Below are positions 56,260-64,000 of a stretch of 64,000 nucleotides of DNA, piece after piece. This DNA comes from Candidatus Latescibacterota bacterium (GTDB taxonomy: Bacteria; Latescibacterota; UBA2968; UBA8231). Position 1 is the stretch's first letter. Each line of letters opens with the position of its first letter. The position numbers and the translations under genes were made by a program. The DNA lies in NCBI GenBank assembly GCA_965203355.1, contig OZ241889.1, positions 1,504,001 through 1,568,000 of the forward strand, in the 5' to 3' direction. The notes under the pieces were generated by a model. That model worked only from the letters and a program-made list of their open reading frames with translations. It was not told where the DNA came from and did no database searches.

Positions 56260-56394
56260 ATGGAACCCCTGCTTAGCGAGTTGAGTTCCGACCCCGACCT
56301 TTGGTCGGTAGGCGGTCTCTACACGGCTGGAGGGGACCGTCTGCCGCTTGTACCACTTCATCCGGCTAGCTTAGGAAAAACACATCATGGCTGA
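56260..56394 (+). CDS. Possible Leu-rich uORF overlapping the leuA start
   Basis: AAAGGAG RBS; 44 aa with 9 Leu; stop lies inside the first codons of leuA. Confidence 0.35.
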   Translation: MEPLLSELSSDPDLWSVGGLYTAGGDRLPLVPLHPASLGKTHHG

Positions 56395-58006
56395 TGCAAA
56401 TCGCGTATATATTTTCGACACCACGCTGCGGGATGCCGAGCAGACGCCCGGTGCCTCGCTGACGGCTAGAGAGAAGCTGGAAATCGCCCACCAGTTGGCG
56501 CGGCTGAAGGTCGATATTATCGAGGCCGGCTTTCCGGTGTCCTCCAACGAGGACTTTGAGGCCGTGCGCCGCATTGGGCAGGAAGTTGCCGGGCCGGTAA
56601 TCTGTGGGCTGGCTCGCGCCGTGCCCAAGGACGTTGAGCGAGCGGGTGCGGCCCTCCAGGGCGCATCCCGGCCGCGGATCCACACCTTTATCGGCACATC
56701 GGATATTCAACTTGCGGGTCAGTTGCGCAAGGGCCGGGAAGAGGTGCTGAAAATGGCGGTGGAGTCGGTAGAGCAGGCCAAGTCGTACTGTGACGATGTC
56801 GAGTTTTCGCCCTTGGACGCCACGCGCACGGAGCCTAGCTACCTCAACGAGATTATCGCGGCGACCATCGCGGCCGGGGCGACGACTATCAATATCCCGG
56901 ACACAGTCGGCTATGCTGTACCCGAAGAATTTGGGGCGATGATCGCGCGGATTATCGCCGAGGTGCCCAACAGTGGAGACGCCATCATCAGCGTCCACTG
57001 CCACGACGATCTGGGCATGGCGGTACCCAATACCCTCTCGGCGATCAAAAAAGGCGCGCGCCAAGCCGAATGCACGATCAACGGCTTGGGCGAGCGGGCC
57101 GGCAATACCTCGCTGGAGGAAATCGTCATGGCGCTGAAGACGCGCCAGGACTACTTCGGCTTTGATACTGAAGTGGTCACCAAGGAGATCGTATCCACCA
57201 GTCGGCTGGTCAGCCGCTTGATGGGCATTGCGGTTCAGCCCAACAAGGCGATTGTCGGGGCCAATGCTTTTGCCCACAGCTCGGGCATCCACCAGGATGG
57301 GGTGCTCAAGCAGCGCGACACCTTTGAGATCATGGATCCGAAAGATGTAGGGCTGGAGGCTACCGAACTCGTGCTGACGGCGCGCTCGGGCCGTGCGGCA
57401 CTGCGGCACCGGCTGGAGGTCTTGGGCTACGAGTTGGATCAGGCGAAGCTGGACAAAGTCTACGAGAAGTTCTTGGAACTGGCCGACAAGAAGAAGGAGA
57501 TCTTCGACGAGGATCTGATCGAGATTTTCCTCGGCGACCCCGGCGAGGGGATAGACCGTTACGAGTTGAAGTATCTGCGCACGATTAGCTGCACCGGAAC
57601 CGTGCCCTCGGCGACGGTGCGTTTGATCATCGCTGGTGGCGAGCCAGTGGAGGGATCGGCTCAGGGCGACGGCCCGGTGGACGCTATTTATGAAGCGATT
57701 AACCGAGCGCTCGCTCGCCATCCGCTAGAAGACAACGACATCCAACTGGACAATTACGCCATTCGAGCGATCACTTCCGGTAGCCAAGCGCTGGGCGAGG
57801 TGACGGTGCACCTGTCGAGAAGTGGAGAACAGGCGCGGGGCCGGGGTGTTTCGACCGACGTTATCGAAGCCAGTGCCAAAGCCTATATCGACGCGCTGAA
57901 TCGCTTGCAACAGAAGGCCGTTGTGAACCAGTACGGTTTTCGACCGAACTTGACCGATGATGTCGACGAGTTGAACCGTCAGGCCCAAAAGAAACCCAAA
58001 GAATGA
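56387..58006 (+). CDS. leuA: 2-isopropylmalate synthase
   Basis: FDTTLRDAEQ, HCHDDLG, GERAGN, HSSGIHQDG motifs; regulatory domain GDGPVDA. Confidence 0.96.
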   Translation: MADANRVYIFDTTLRDAEQTPGASLTAREKLEIAHQLARLKVDIIEAGFPVSSNEDFEAVRRIGQEVAGPVICGLARAVPKDVERAGAALQGASRPRIHTFIGTSDIQLAGQLRKGREEVLKMAVESVEQAKSYCDDVEFSPLDATRTEPSYLNEIIAATIAAGATTINIPDTVGYAVPEEFGAMIARIIAEVPNSGDAIISVHCHDDLGMAVPNTLSAIKKGARQAECTINGLGERAGNTSLEEIVMALKTRQDYFGFDTEVVTKEIVSTSRLVSRLMGIAVQPNKAIVGANAFAHSSGIHQDGVLKQRDTFEIMDPKDVGLEATELVLTARSGRAALRHRLEVLGYELDQAKLDKVYEKFLELADKKKEIFDEDLIEIFLGDPGEGIDRYELKYLRTISCTGTVPSATVRLIIAGGEPVEGSAQGDGPVDAIYEAINRALARHPLEDNDIQLDNYAIRAITSGSQALGEVTVHLSRSGEQARGRGVSTDVIEASAKAYIDALNRLQQKAVVNQYGFRPNLTDDVDELNRQAQKKPKE

Positions 58007-58026
58007 CCGCGTAGAGGAGATTGGAG

Positions 58027-59424
58027 ATGGGTAAGACCCTGTTGCACAAGGTTTGGGACGCGCACACCGTGCGCGCGTTGCCCTCGGGACAGACTCAGTT
58101 GTTCGTTGGCCTGCATTTGGTCCACGAAGTGACTAGCCCTCAGGCCTTTGAGATGCTGCGGGAGCGCGGCCTTGCGGTCCGCTTCCCCGAGCGCACGTTT
58201 GCCACCGTGGATCACATCGTGCCCACGGACTTGGTGCAGCGGCCTTTTGTCGATGACTTGGCCGAGGAGATGATGGACGCGCTCGAGCAGAATACGGCCG
58301 AGTTCGAGATTCCGCTTTTTAACATCGACGACCAGCGTCAGGGAGTGGTCCACGTCATCGGCCCGGAGCTAGGGCTGACCCAGCCGGGCATGACCATTGC
58401 CTGCGGCGACAGTCACACTTCGACGCACGGAGCCTTTGGCGCGGTGGCCTTTGGCATTGGCACCAGCCAAGTCCGCGACGTGCTCGCCACGCAGTGCTTG
58501 GCCATGGACCCGCTCAAGGTGCGGCGGATCGAGGTTCGCGGGGCGCTGAGCGAGGGGGTGTACGCCAAGGACGTCATCTTGCACATCATCGGCCAACTCG
58601 GAGTCAAGGGCGGGGTTGGGTACGGCTATGAGTACGGCGGCTCAGTCATCGAGGCCATGTCCATTGAAGAGCGGATGACGGTGTGCAACATGTCGATTGA
58701 GGGCGGCGCTCGGGTCGGGTACGTCAATCCCGACCAGACGACGTACGACTATCTCAATGGGCGTCCTTATGCGCCGCGCAACTTTGAGACGGCGGTCGAG
58801 TGGTGGGAGTCCATGGCCTCAGACGCCGACGCCGAGTACGACGACCTAGTCCACATTGACGGACGCGCGATCGGCCCGACCGTGACGTGGGGCATTACGC
58901 CGGGCCAATCGGTTGGCATCGACCAAGCCCTGCCCGCACTAGACACCTTTGCCGCGGCCGACCGCTCCACCGTCCAAGAGGCCCTCGGTTACATGGATTT
59001 TGAGCCGGGGCAGAAGGTCGCCGGCACCAAGATAGATGTGGCGTTTATCGGCTCTTGCACCAATGGGCGGCTCTCGGATCTGCGCGAGGCCGCTCGGGTC
59101 GCTCGCGGGCGCAAGGTGGCCCCCGGCGTCCGCGCCCTCGTGGTGCCGGGGTCGCAACAGGTGCGGGCCGCGGCCGAGGCCGAGGGCCTGCACGAGATTT
59201 TCGCGGAAGCCGGGTTCCAGTGGCGGGGGGCGGGTTGCTCCATGTGCTTGGCGATGAATCCCGACAAACTGCAAGGCCGCGAACTGTGTGCCTCGTCGTC
59301 CAACCGCAACTTCAAAGGCCGGCAAGGCAGTCCCACTGGCCGCACCTTGCTGATGAGTCCGGCCATGGTCGCGGCGGCCGCGGTGGCCGGTGAGGTCGCG
59401 GATGTGCGGGAGTTGGTGAGATAG
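58027..59424 (+). CDS. leuC: 3-isopropylmalate dehydratase large subunit
   Basis: [36 protein letters not shown] and NRNFKGRQG motifs. Confidence 0.97.
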   Translation: MGKTLLHKVWDAHTVRALPSGQTQLFVGLHLVHEVTSPQAFEMLRERGLAVRFPERTFATVDHIVPTDLVQRPFVDDLAEEMMDALEQNTAEFEIPLFNIDDQRQGVVHVIGPELGLTQPGMTIACGDSHTSTHGAFGAVAFGIGTSQVRDVLATQCLAMDPLKVRRIEVRGALSEGVYAKDVILHIIGQLGVKGGVGYGYEYGGSVIEAMSIEERMTVCNMSIEGGARVGYVNPDQTTYDYLNGRPYAPRNFETAVEWWESMASDADAEYDDLVHIDGRAIGPTVTWGITPGQSVGIDQALPALDTFAAADRSTVQEALGYMDFEPGQKVAGTKIDVAFIGSCTNGRLSDLREAARVARGRKVAPGVRALVVPGSQQVRAAAEAEGLHEIFAEAGFQWRGAGCSMCLAMNPDKLQGRELCASSSNRNFKGRQGSPTGRTLLMSPAMVAAAAVAGEVADVRELVR

Positions 59425-59437
59425 ACAAGGAGACATC

Positions 59438-60040
59438 GTGGAAAATTCGAGTGTGATTAAGACGATAACTGGCCGCGGCATAGTGGTGCGCGGGGCTGAC
59501 ATTGATACCGACCGCATCATTCCGGCTCGTTTTTTGCGGACGGTGACCTTTGAGCATCTGGGGGGCCATGCTTTTGCAGATGAGCGCGCCGGTGGCGACC
59601 ATCCCTTTGACCAAGCTCGCTTTCAAGGCGCGTCAATCCTGCTGGCCAACGCCAATTTCGGCTGCGGGTCCTCGCGCGAACACGCGCCGCAGGCTCTGAT
59701 GCGCTGGGGGATCAAGGGCTTTGTCGCCGAGTCTTTTGCCGAGATTTTCTTTGGCAACTGCATCGCCATGGGGCTGCCCTGTGTGCGGGTGAAGGCCGAG
59801 GACATGCAGACTTTGATGGACGCGGTCGAGCGCGATCCAGCGCAGGCGGTGGCCCTTGATCTCGAAGCGCGGCAAGTGCGCTGGGCCGGCGGTGAAATGG
59901 CCGCCGATATGGCCGATGGCCCGCGCGAGCAATTTCTCAAGGGGAGCTGGGATTCGCTGGGCCAGCTTTTGGCCGCTGGCGATCAGATCGGCCAGACCGC
60001 CGCTCGCTTGCCCTACACGCGTGCCTTTGCCGCTGATTAG
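59438..60040 (+). CDS. leuD: 3-isopropylmalate dehydratase small subunit
   Basis: DIDTDRIIPARFL, NFGCGSSREHA and SFAEIFFGN motifs. Confidence 0.97.
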   Translation: MENSSVIKTITGRGIVVRGADIDTDRIIPARFLRTVTFEHLGGHAFADERAGGDHPFDQARFQGASILLANANFGCGSSREHAPQALMRWGIKGFVAESFAEIFFGNCIAMGLPCVRVKAEDMQTLMDAVERDPAQAVALDLEARQVRWAGGEMAADMADGPREQFLKGSWDSLGQLLAAGDQIGQTAARLPYTRAFAAD

Positions 60041-60081
60041 ACGATGTACAACCGACAAACCTCAACATAGGAGACACATAA

Positions 60082-61140
60082 TTGCACAAGATCGCCGTAA
60101 TACCCGGAGACGGAACAGGGCCTGAAGTGGTGGTTGAGGGGCTGAAAGCGCTCGACGCTGTAGCGGCTAAGCAGGGATTCAAATACGAGACGGTGGAGTT
60201 CGATTTTGGCGGCGACCGCTACTTGCGCACCGGCGAGGTTTTGCCCGATTCGGCGGCCGACGACTTCAGGCAGTTTGACGCCATTTACCTAGGGGCCATC
60301 GGCCACCCCGACGTGAAGCCGGGTATTCTCGAAAAGGGCATTCTGCTGAGGCTGCGCTTTGAACTGGACCAGTACATCAATCTGCGCCCGGTCAAGCTCT
60401 ACCCCAACGTGCCGACGCCGATTAAGGACAAGGGGCCGGAGGATATTGACTTCGCGGTGGTGCGCGAAAATACCGAAGGGCTGTACGCGGGTTCCGGCGG
60501 CTTCCTCAAAAAGGGTACGCCCGACGAGATCGCGGTGCAGGAATCCATCAACACGCGCAAAGGCGTCGAGCGCTGTCTGCGCTATGCCTTTGAGTACGCG
60601 CAGCGGCGCAACAAGGACAACACCTTGACCTTGTGCGGCAAGACCAACGTGCTGACGTATGCCTTCGACCTGTGGGAGCGGGCGTTTGAGGAAATCGGCG
60701 CGGCCGACTATCCGGCCATTAAGCGCGACTACGCCCACGTCGATGCCATCTGCATGTGGATGGTCAAAAATCCCGAATGGTTCGACGTGATAGTTACCGA
60801 CAACATGTTTGGCGACATCATCACGGATTTGGGCGCGATGATCCAAGGCGGAATGGGCATTGCCGCCGGTGGCAATATAAACCCCGAAGGCGTGTCGATG
60901 TTTGAGCCGATCGGCGGCTCGGCACCCAAGTACACCGGCCAGAATATCATCAATCCGCTGGCCGCCATCGGCGCTTGTCAGCTCATGCTTGACACGCTCG
61001 GAGAGTACGAGGGTGCCAACGTGTTGGAAGGTGCTATCGTCTCGACGCTGGGCAAGCTCGACGATATGGGCGCGGGAAGAATGGGGTATTCCACTGCTGA
61101 AGTAGGCGATCTAGTAGCCCAAGCTGTGGCCGACGCCTAG
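60082..61140 (+). CDS. leuB: 3-isopropylmalate dehydrogenase
   Basis: [29 protein letters not shown] and FEPIGGSAP motifs; TTG start with AGGAG RBS. Confidence 0.93.
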   Translation: MHKIAVIPGDGTGPEVVVEGLKALDAVAAKQGFKYETVEFDFGGDRYLRTGEVLPDSAADDFRQFDAIYLGAIGHPDVKPGILEKGILLRLRFELDQYINLRPVKLYPNVPTPIKDKGPEDIDFAVVRENTEGLYAGSGGFLKKGTPDEIAVQESINTRKGVERCLRYAFEYAQRRNKDNTLTLCGKTNVLTYAFDLWERAFEEIGAADYPAIKRDYAHVDAICMWMVKNPEWFDVIVTDNMFGDIITDLGAMIQGGMGIAAGGNINPEGVSMFEPIGGSAPKYTGQNIINPLAAIGACQLMLDTLGEYEGANVLEGAIVSTLGKLDDMGAGRMGYSTAEVGDLVAQAVADA

Positions 61141-61162
61141 CGCAACCGAGGGAAGCGACATC

Positions 61163-62758
61163 ATGCGCATCGAAGTCTATGACTCCACGCTGCGAGACGG
61201 TGCCCAAGCCGAGGGCATTTCCTATTCGCTAGAGGACAAGCTGCTGATCGCGCAGCGGCTCGACGCGCTGGGGGTCGATTACATCGAAGGGGGCTGGCCC
61301 AATCCGACCAATCCCAAGGATCTGGCTTTTTTTCAAGAAGTGAAGCAGCTAGGGCTGAAGGCGCAGGTGACGGCCTTTGGCAGTACGCGCCGGGCTGGTG
61401 TGGCTCCGGCCCAAGACGCGACCTTGAACACGCTGCTGCGAGCCGAGACCGACAGCGTTTGCATCTTTGGCAAGAGCTGGACCTTGCACGTCGTCGAGGC
61501 GCTCAAGACGACGCTAGCAGAAAATCTACAGCTAATCGGGGACTCGGTCGCCTATCTGGTCGCGCATGGCCGCGAGGTGATTTACGACGCCGAGCATTTT
61601 TTCGATGGCTATAAGGCCGATGCCGATTACGCGGTCGAGACGCTGTTGGCTGCCGAGCGCGGTGGAGCGCGGATTTTGGTACTCTGCGACACGAATGGCG
61701 GCACCCTGACCAGCGAGATGGGCCAGATCGTCGAGGCGATCAAAGCGCAGATTGGCATTCCTTTTGGCATCCACGCGCACAACGATGCTGGCGTCGGCGT
61801 GGCCAATGCGCTCGTTGCCGTAGAACGGGGCGCGGTGCAAGTGCAAGGGACCTTCAACGGCTATGGCGAGCGCTGCGGCAACGCCAACTTGTGCGCGATC
61901 TTGCCCAACTTGGAACTGAAGATGGGCTACCAGACGGTGGGCCGCGACAATCTCGCGGGCCTGATGGGCTTTTCGCGCTTCCTCAGCGAGATCGCCAACG
62001 TCTATCACGATCACCGGCAGCCGTATGTCGGCGAAAGCGCATTCGCTCACAAGGGCGGCGTCCACATCGACGCCATGACCAAGAACCCGCGCTGCTACGA
62101 ACACATCGATCCCATAGCCACCGGCAACGAGCGGCGGTTCTTGGTCTCCGACCAAGCGGGTGGCGCGACGATTGTCAGTAAGCTGCGGCGATTTTTGCCC
62201 GACATAGAGAAGCGGGATCCGCTGGTGGGGCGGGTTTTGGAGCGGGTCAAGCAGTTGGAGCACGAGGGCTATCAGTTCGAGGCAGCCGAGGGGTCGTTTG
62301 AGCTGCTGGCGCGGCGAGTCCAAGGTACGTACGAGGATGTATTCACGCTGATTAACTTCCGCACGATCAATCGCCGGATCCGGGAACACGCCGAAGAAGC
62401 CGAGGCCATTGTCAAGGTCGCTGTTGGCGCGGCCGAGTACCATACGGTTGCGGCCGGCGATGGCCCGGTCAACGCGCTCGACCAAGCACTGCGCAAGGCC
62501 CTGGAACAGGAGTTTCCCGCGCTCGAGCAGGTGCATCTGGCGGATTACAAGGTGCGGGTGTTGTCGAGCGGCGACGGGACCGCCGCCAAGGTGCGGGTGT
62601 TGATCGAGTCGTCGGACGGCAAAGACGTGTGGGGTACGGTGGGGGTTTCGGAGAACGTGATCGAGGCGAGTTGGATCGCACTGGCCGATAGCTTGCACTA
62701 CAAATTGATGAAAGACGCGCTGGCTGCGCGGGCGGTCGGCGCGACCGGAACGGATTGA
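61163..62758 (+). CDS. cimA: Citramalate synthase
   Basis: YDSTLRDGAQAEG, IEGGWP, FGKSW, DAEHFFDG, HKGGVH and WGTVGVSENVIEASW motifs. Confidence 0.92.
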   Translation: MRIEVYDSTLRDGAQAEGISYSLEDKLLIAQRLDALGVDYIEGGWPNPTNPKDLAFFQEVKQLGLKAQVTAFGSTRRAGVAPAQDATLNTLLRAETDSVCIFGKSWTLHVVEALKTTLAENLQLIGDSVAYLVAHGREVIYDAEHFFDGYKADADYAVETLLAAERGGARILVLCDTNGGTLTSEMGQIVEAIKAQIGIPFGIHAHNDAGVGVANALVAVERGAVQVQGTFNGYGERCGNANLCAILPNLELKMGYQTVGRDNLAGLMGFSRFLSEIANVYHDHRQPYVGESAFAHKGGVHIDAMTKNPRCYEHIDPIATGNERRFLVSDQAGGATIVSKLRRFLPDIEKRDPLVGRVLERVKQLEHEGYQFEAAEGSFELLARRVQGTYEDVFTLINFRTINRRIREHAEEAEAIVKVAVGAAEYHTVAAGDGPVNALDQALRKALEQEFPALEQVHLADYKVRVLSSGDGTAAKVRVLIESSDGKDVWGTVGVSENVIEASWIALADSLHYKLMKDALAARAVGATGTD

Positions 62759-62763
62759 GTGCT
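62728..62763 (+). repeat. 36-bp direct repeat, left copy (cimA 3' end)
   Basis: GCGGGCGGTCGGCGCGACCGGAACGGATTGAGTGCT, identical to 63962-63997. Confidence 0.95.
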
Positions 62764-63096
62764 CAAAGCAAGGAGCAAGACGTAGAATGTAAGATCGGCG
62801 ACCTCACGGTGTGTCTCACAGGTGATTACGATACTAAAGTTGCCGACTAATTCCATCGAATAGCATTTAGCCGAGATAGAAGCCGTTTCTCGCTTCGTCT
62901 GTGCTTCGGACGTCTAGACATATTGTCCTTGCGAGTCTGTTCAAGAGGTCGGATACTCTATCATCGTCCGTTGTAGCCGATCTTACAGCCACGGGCAACC
63001 AGCGAGTGGGATGATGGTGCTCAGCAAGCTGTGGCGATTTTTGCAAAATGATGGTAGGAAAGAGCTAAAAAAGAAGTAAACAGGAGCATCAAACTT

Positions 63097-63390
63097 ATGG
63101 CATCTCTTACTCTCAGAAAGGCCGTCGAGGCCGCCTTGGGGCACTTTGCAGCCAACGCCGATTTATTGGGGGCAACCGATCCTCAAGATGTTACATTTGA
63201 AGAAGCCGAATTATCGGAAGACGAGGCGTATTGGTATATAACTTTGGGCTATCCTACCAAAAAGAGAGTGCAAGGCTTTGTGGAACCTTTCCTCTATGAG
63301 CAAAAATACACTATTTTTGTAATTGACGGCGAGGCGGGAACTCTGCGGTCCTTAAAGATGAGATCAGATGTCGAATCCACTCTGCTCTGA
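63097..63390 (+). CDS. Small hypothetical protein, probable antitoxin partner
   Basis: AGGAG RBS; 97 aa; low GC; overlaps the PIN gene. Confidence 0.65.
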   Translation: MASLTLRKAVEAALGHFAANADLLGATDPQDVTFEEAELSEDEAYWYITLGYPTKKRVQGFVEPFLYEQKYTIFVIDGEAGTLRSLKMRSDVESTLL

Positions 63391-63877
63391 ACTAGCACAT
63401 CGCTACCGCACAGCAGGAGTCCTTGTAGATACGAATATTCTTCTTCTTCTTTTTGTCGGCTCGGTTCAGCGTCGCTTGATAGAACGATTCAAGAGGACTA
63501 GTGCTAGAGGTTTTGCGGCGAGAGACTACGATCTTTTGACGAGCTTTTTGAAACTTTTTGACAATCGAGTCGTCACTACGCCTCATATTCTCACTGAAGT
63601 AAGCAATCTCGCCGGACAACTGGGTTCCCAAAAACAGCGATTCTTTTCGTATTTTGCCAAAGGTATTTCCCAGTTAATAGAACATTGTGAGTCTAGCGAA
63701 AACTTGGCACAAATAGAATCTTTTGTAAAATTCGGCTTGACAGATGCCGCTATCATCAACTTGGTGAAGGGCCAATATCTAGTACTCACGGATGACTTTC
63801 GTCTATCCAATTACTTGGGCAAGCAGGGCGTTGACGTAATCAATTTCAATCACCTTAGATTTGCCAGTTGGCGTTGA
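63368..63877 (+). CDS. PIN domain protein (VapC-like)
   Basis: VLVDTNIL, TTPHILTEV, GLTDAAI and LVLTDDF motifs. Confidence 0.85.
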   Translation: MSNPLCSELAHRYRTAGVLVDTNILLLLFVGSVQRRLIERFKRTSARGFAARDYDLLTSFLKLFDNRVVTTPHILTEVSNLAGQLGSQKQRFFSYFAKGISQLIEHCESSENLAQIESFVKFGLTDAAIINLVKGQYLVLTDDFRLSNYLGKQGVDVINFNHLRFASWR

Positions 63878-63961
63878 TACTATATCTCGAAAAAGGAATG
63901 TGGCAATGAACATACTAAACGACGGCAACATTTGCTCGGCGAAAAGGTTGCAAGCCACCGT

Positions 63962-63997
63962 GCGGGCGGTCGGCGCGACCGGAACGGATTGAGTGCT
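63962..63997 (+). repeat. 36-bp direct repeat, right copy
   Basis: Identical to 62728-62763. Confidence 0.95.
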
Positions 63998-64000
63998 ATG

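Noticed and set aside
56366-57721. 451-aa minus-strand ORF (likewise 61532-62698, 26744-27916 and similar)
   Set aside because: Antisense shadows of leuA, cimA and the aldolase gene, with no recognisable motifs.
55143-62758. Two LeuA-like genes as an unusual duplication
   Set aside because: The second has CimA-type motifs; leuA together with cimA is an established arrangement.

Overview
GC-rich bacterial chromosomal window. The gene content (FlgD-Ig/T9SS-like C-terminal domains, a 'TAVESSTWGKIK' tail, a PorV-like barrel, sulfatase, PhyH, Rpn-like genes) suggests an FCB-associated lineage such as Ca. Latescibacterota, possibly host-associated; this is inference only. In order it holds: (i) a minus-strand operon of secreted/surface proteins with three paralogous FlgD-Ig-CTD proteins; (ii) small catabolic and transport genes; (iii) a Dpp/Opp ABC transporter-sulfatase operon interrupted twice by foreign genes; (iv) an MgtE cluster; (v) a TonB receptor-CTD protein-PorV trio; (vi) an uncharacterised M28-like/FtsX fusion followed by two OPT-like membrane proteins; (vii) the ilvC-leuACDB-cimA operon with an unannotated Leu/Ile leader peptide. 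The most striking unexplained pattern is four accessory cassettes (AAA/DUF4143 ATPase, two PIN-type TA pairs, an Rpn-like nuclease). Each sits directly after a host gene and is closed by a 33-139 bp duplicate of that gene's 3' end, with no integrase or transposase in view. No rRNA, tRNA or CRISPR array was recognised. All family assignments come from motif recognition; no database searches were run.
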